Shown here: one piece after another, positions 23,205-26,148 of the stretch
Layout: each line of letters begins with the position of its first letter
Numbering within the stretch: position 1 is the first letter of the stretch
NCBI GenBank assembly: GCA_965261975.1
Contig: CBDHEC010000007.1
Coordinates: 1-26,148 of the forward strand
Direction of reading: 5' to 3'
Origin: Alphaproteobacteria bacterium
GTDB lineage: Bacteria > Pseudomonadota > Alphaproteobacteria > UBA6615
Length of the DNA: 26,148 nt
The notes under the pieces: model-generated
What the model was told of the DNA's origin: nothing
Seen by the model: only the letters and a program-made list of their open reading frames with translations
Databases searched by the model: none
Made by a program: the position numbers and the translations under genes

Positions 23205-24737
23205 CTACATCACCGCGCCGACCTGCCAGGGAATGAACTCATTGTCGCCGAACCCGAGCGCCTCGGACTTCGACTGGGTGCCGCTGGCGATGTCGAGCAT
23301 GTAATCGAAGATCTCGAGACCCACATCCTCGATGGTGGCATCGCCGTCGGCGATCTTGCCGGCGTTGATATCCATGTCCTCGGACATGCTCTCATACATC
23401 GGGGTGTTGGTCGCGAGCTTGATCGACGGCGACGGCTTGCAGCCGTAAACGGAACCGCGGCCGGTGGTGAAACAGACAAGGTTGGCACCGGAGGCGACTT
23501 CGCCCGTGATGGAAGCCGGATCGAAGCCCGGCGAATCCATGAAAACAAAGCCCTTGGTGTCGACCGGCTCGGCATATTTGTAGACGCCAGCCAGGTTGGT
23601 GGTGCCGCCCTTGGCCGCCGCCCCCAGTGACTTCTCGAGGATCGTCGACAGGCCGCCGGCCTTGTTGCCCGGTGAGGGATTGTTGTCCATCGAGCCGTGG
23701 TTACGCGCGGTGTAATCCTCCCACCATTTGATCCGGTCCACCAGTTTTTGGCCGACCTCGGCATTGACCGCACGACGGGTCAGCAAATGCTCTGCACCAT
23801 AGATCTCCGGCGTCTCGGCGAGGATGCCCGTGCCACCATTTGCGACCAGCCTGTCCACCGCATTGCCCAGCGCCGGGTTGGCGGTGATGCCGGAATAGGC
23901 ATCCGACCCACCACACTGAAGCGCGACCGTGAGTTCACTGGCAGGCACCGTCGAGCGCGTGGCCGCATTGGCAGGCTCGAGCATGGTGCTGATCCGCTCG
24001 ATCGCCTGATCGACCGTCTTCCGCGTGCCGCCCGATTCCTGGATCGTCATGGTCTGGAACGTGTCGTTGAGTTCCAGTCCATAGGCGTCGAGCAGGAAGG
24101 GAATCTGGTTCACCTCGCAGCCCAGGCCGACGATCAGCACGCCGGCGAAGTTCGGATGGCGTGCATAGCCCCACAGGGTGCGCTGAAGGTTGGCGTAGCC
24201 GTCACCGGAATCCGCCATGCCGCAGCCGGTCGCATGCACGAAGGCCGACACGCCGTCGATGTTGGGATAGTCGTTCAGCTTGCCCGTCGCGTTGAAGGAA
24301 TCCGCGATGTAACGCGCGACCGTCGCCGAACAATTCACCGAGGTCAGGATGCCGATATAGTTTCGCGTCCCGACGGAACCGTTCTTTCGCACATAGCCCT
24401 CGAAGGTGCGGCGCTCGGCCTCGGGGACCATCTCCGTCTCGCGCAGATCCGTGGCGAACTGATAGTCCCGGTCGACCATGCGGAACTCGCAATTGTCCGT
24501 GTGGACATGGTCTCCCGCTTTGATGTCGTGGGCGGCAAAGCCGATGATCTGATCGTATTTAACGATCGTCTCACCCTTGGCAATGGCCCTGGTTGCGATT
24601 TTATGGCCACGAGGAATCGGCGCATTCGTGGCGACATCTTCTCCCGGGATCGCGGTGTTGGGCATGATTTCGGCCCGCGCAACGACAACATTGTCGGCGG
24701 GATTCAGGCGGATCGTCAGGGGGGCGTTGCTGGACAT
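23205..24737 (-). CDS. UxaA/GarD-family dehydratase (altronate dehydratase-like, with N-terminal SAF domain)
   Basis: DNVVVA, IPRGHKIA, IVKYDQIIG, GDHVHTDN, GTRNYIGI..SVNCS, GLGCE, LQCGGSD..SGITANPALG, NNPSPGNKAGG, FTTGRG. Confidence 0.92.
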   Translation of the reverse strand: MSSNAPLTIRLNPADNVVVARAEIMPNTAIPGEDVATNAPIPRGHKIATRAIAKGETIVKYDQIIGFAAHDIKAGDHVHTDNCEFRMVDRDYQFATDLRETEMVPEAERRTFEGYVRKNGSVGTRNYIGILTSVNCSATVARYIADSFNATGKLNDYPNIDGVSAFVHATGCGMADSGDGYANLQRTLWGYARHPNFAGVLIVGLGCEVNQIPFLLDAYGLELNDTFQTMTIQESGGTRKTVDQAIERISTMLEPANAATRSTVPASELTVALQCGGSDAYSGITANPALGNAVDRLVANGGTGILAETPEIYGAEHLLTRRAVNAEVGQKLVDRIKWWEDYTARNHGSMDNNPSPGNKAGGLSTILEKSLGAAAKGGTTNLAGVYKYAEPVDTKGFVFMDSPGFDPASITGEVASGANLVCFTTGRGSVYGCKPSPSIKLATNTPMYESMSEDMDINAGKIADGDATIEDVGLEIFDYMLDIASGTQSKSEALGFGDNEFIPWQVGAVM

Positions 24738-24763
24738 CGGGGCTCGCTTGGAAGGGTTACGGA

Positions 24764-25615
24764 CTAGAACTTAACAATGTTGGTGAAGTTATCCCACGGG
24801 CTATAGAAGCGCACGCCTTCGCGCAATGGCGGCTGGGGCGCCTGTATCTCGAGCCAGTGCACCGGCGTCCCCTCTCGGGGAAAAAACGCGTGCTGCGCGC
24901 CGACACCGGTCCAGGCGAAATCGCCTTCCTTGAGCAGATATTCCTGCCCGTCGAAGACGATATCCACCTCGCCACCCAGCACGTAATAGGCCTCTTCGAA
25001 GGCGTGGTCGTGGTGGTTGCAAATCCCGCCATTGGCGAAACTGATCACAAACATATTGAAGTGCACGGCGCCGAATACATCGTCGATCATCATGCGCTGT
25101 GAAAACCCGTCCAGATCGGGCGTGATGGTCAGCGGCGGGCTGTGCTGGGCGTAATCATAGTGGCCGACCATCTGATCACGCCGGTCCGCCAGATTGATCA
25201 ACGCGGGCGCCTCCGGCCACTCGGCCGGCCCGTCGAACCAGGTATCCTGCCACGCATCCGGCGCCTTCGGTTGCGGGGCACACATCTCGATCCAGCGTGC
25301 CGAAACCGATCCCGCGTTACGATAGGCATGGGCGATGCCCGTCGGGATCAGCATGAAGTCGCCGGCGATGAGCCGGTATGCCCGACCGTCCCGAATCACG
25401 TCGATCTCACCCGCGAGCAGGTACAGCCCGGTTTCGTGAGCCTGCACCGTGAGTTCGGTTTCGCCACCGGGGATAACCTCGATGACTCCATAGGAGATAT
25501 GGACCGTCTCATCGGCATGCTCGACGAAGGGAGACCAGTTCAGCCCGCGCGCATGCGCGCCATATTTCGGGTGCGGCGCCAATGTGGCGCTGTCGAATGT
25601 CGCGACCTTGTGCAT
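24764..25615 (-). CDS. Bicupin (two cupin domains)
   Basis: Domain 1 ..AHETGLYLLAGE...IPTGIAHAYRN; domain 2 NHHDHAFEEAYYVLGGE...TGVGAQHAF. GGGGAG RBS. Confidence 0.85.
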   Translation of the reverse strand: MHKVATFDSATLAPHPKYGAHARGLNWSPFVEHADETVHISYGVIEVIPGGETELTVQAHETGLYLLAGEIDVIRDGRAYRLIAGDFMLIPTGIAHAYRNAGSVSARWIEMCAPQPKAPDAWQDTWFDGPAEWPEAPALINLADRRDQMVGHYDYAQHSPPLTITPDLDGFSQRMMIDDVFGAVHFNMFVISFANGGICNHHDHAFEEAYYVLGGEVDIVFDGQEYLLKEGDFAWTGVGAQHAFFPREGTPVHWLEIQAPQPPLREGVRFYSPWDNFTNIVKF

Positions 25616-25708
25616 GCCTCGCTCCCCGTCCGAAAACGAGCGCCAACATACACCCGATCGGGTACGGAAAGAACCGTGGCCGGCACCCGAAGACGCCGGC
25701 GCACTGGG

Positions 25709-26097
25709 TCAGTCGACCTTGGCCGCGATCGCATCCATCTCGACCAGAAACTCGGGGCGCGCAAGCCCCTTGATCGCCAGATAGGTCGATACCGGCTTGT
25801 GGCCGTTGAGGAACTCCTGGCGACCATCGCTGACCATGAACACATCCGACGGGTCGAGCGAGAACACGTTGAGACGCACGAGGTCTTCCACGCCCATATT
25901 CGCGGATTTGAGAATCTCGATGACGTTCAACCAGATTTGCCGGTGCTGGGCCTCGAAACCGATCGGCATGGTGCCTTCCGGCGTGACGCCGACGACGCCG
26001 GCGATATGCAGGGTGCGGGCGCCCGGGGCACCTCGATGCCCTGACTATAGAAGGCGACGGGCGGGGCAATGGTATCGGGATTGTGGACTTGCAGCAT
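25709..26097 (-). CDS. RidA/YjgF/UK114 family protein, with one frameshift at about 26025
   Basis: ATG 26097 with a GGAGA RBS. Adding one C to the CCCC run gives MLQVHNPDTIAPPVAFYSQGIEVPPGARTLHIAGVVG...QIWLNVIEILKSANM...RQEFL..HKPVST...GLARPEFLVEMDAIAA. Confidence 0.85.
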
Positions 26098-26148
26098 GAC
26101 TCATTCTCCATTCGGTTGGTTCCGACATCAGAGGCAGGCCACGCACGC

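Overview
High-GC chromosomal window from an alphaproteobacterium (inferred from the 16S-Ile-Ala-23S-5S-fMet operon layout, the initiator-tRNA type and a NadQ-like regulator). The centre holds one complete rRNA operon on the minus strand (about 12222-17496), with tandem promoters, two boxA copies, processing stems and a terminator, followed by glutamate synthase gltB-gltD and an APC permease. The left arm carries the 3' end of a probable receiver-domain gene, a frameshifted alpha/beta hydrolase, a cupin, an FMN oxidase of the alpha-hydroxy-acid family with a non-canonical active site, and a glutamate decarboxylase interrupted by an in-frame TAG. The right arm carries SixA, a haloalkane dehalogenase, a NadQ/NrtR-like regulator, a second paralogous cupin, a quinone oxidoreductase and a RidA-bicupin-UxaA-SDR cluster. 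All frameshifts are single-base homopolymer indels near the window ends, so they are probably sequencing errors. I found no mobile element, CRISPR array, prophage or defence system. The best novelty candidates are the MftD-like (Arg to Asn) FMN oxidase coupled to GAD and the uncharacterised cupin-rich catabolic clusters; both are hypotheses, not demonstrated systems.
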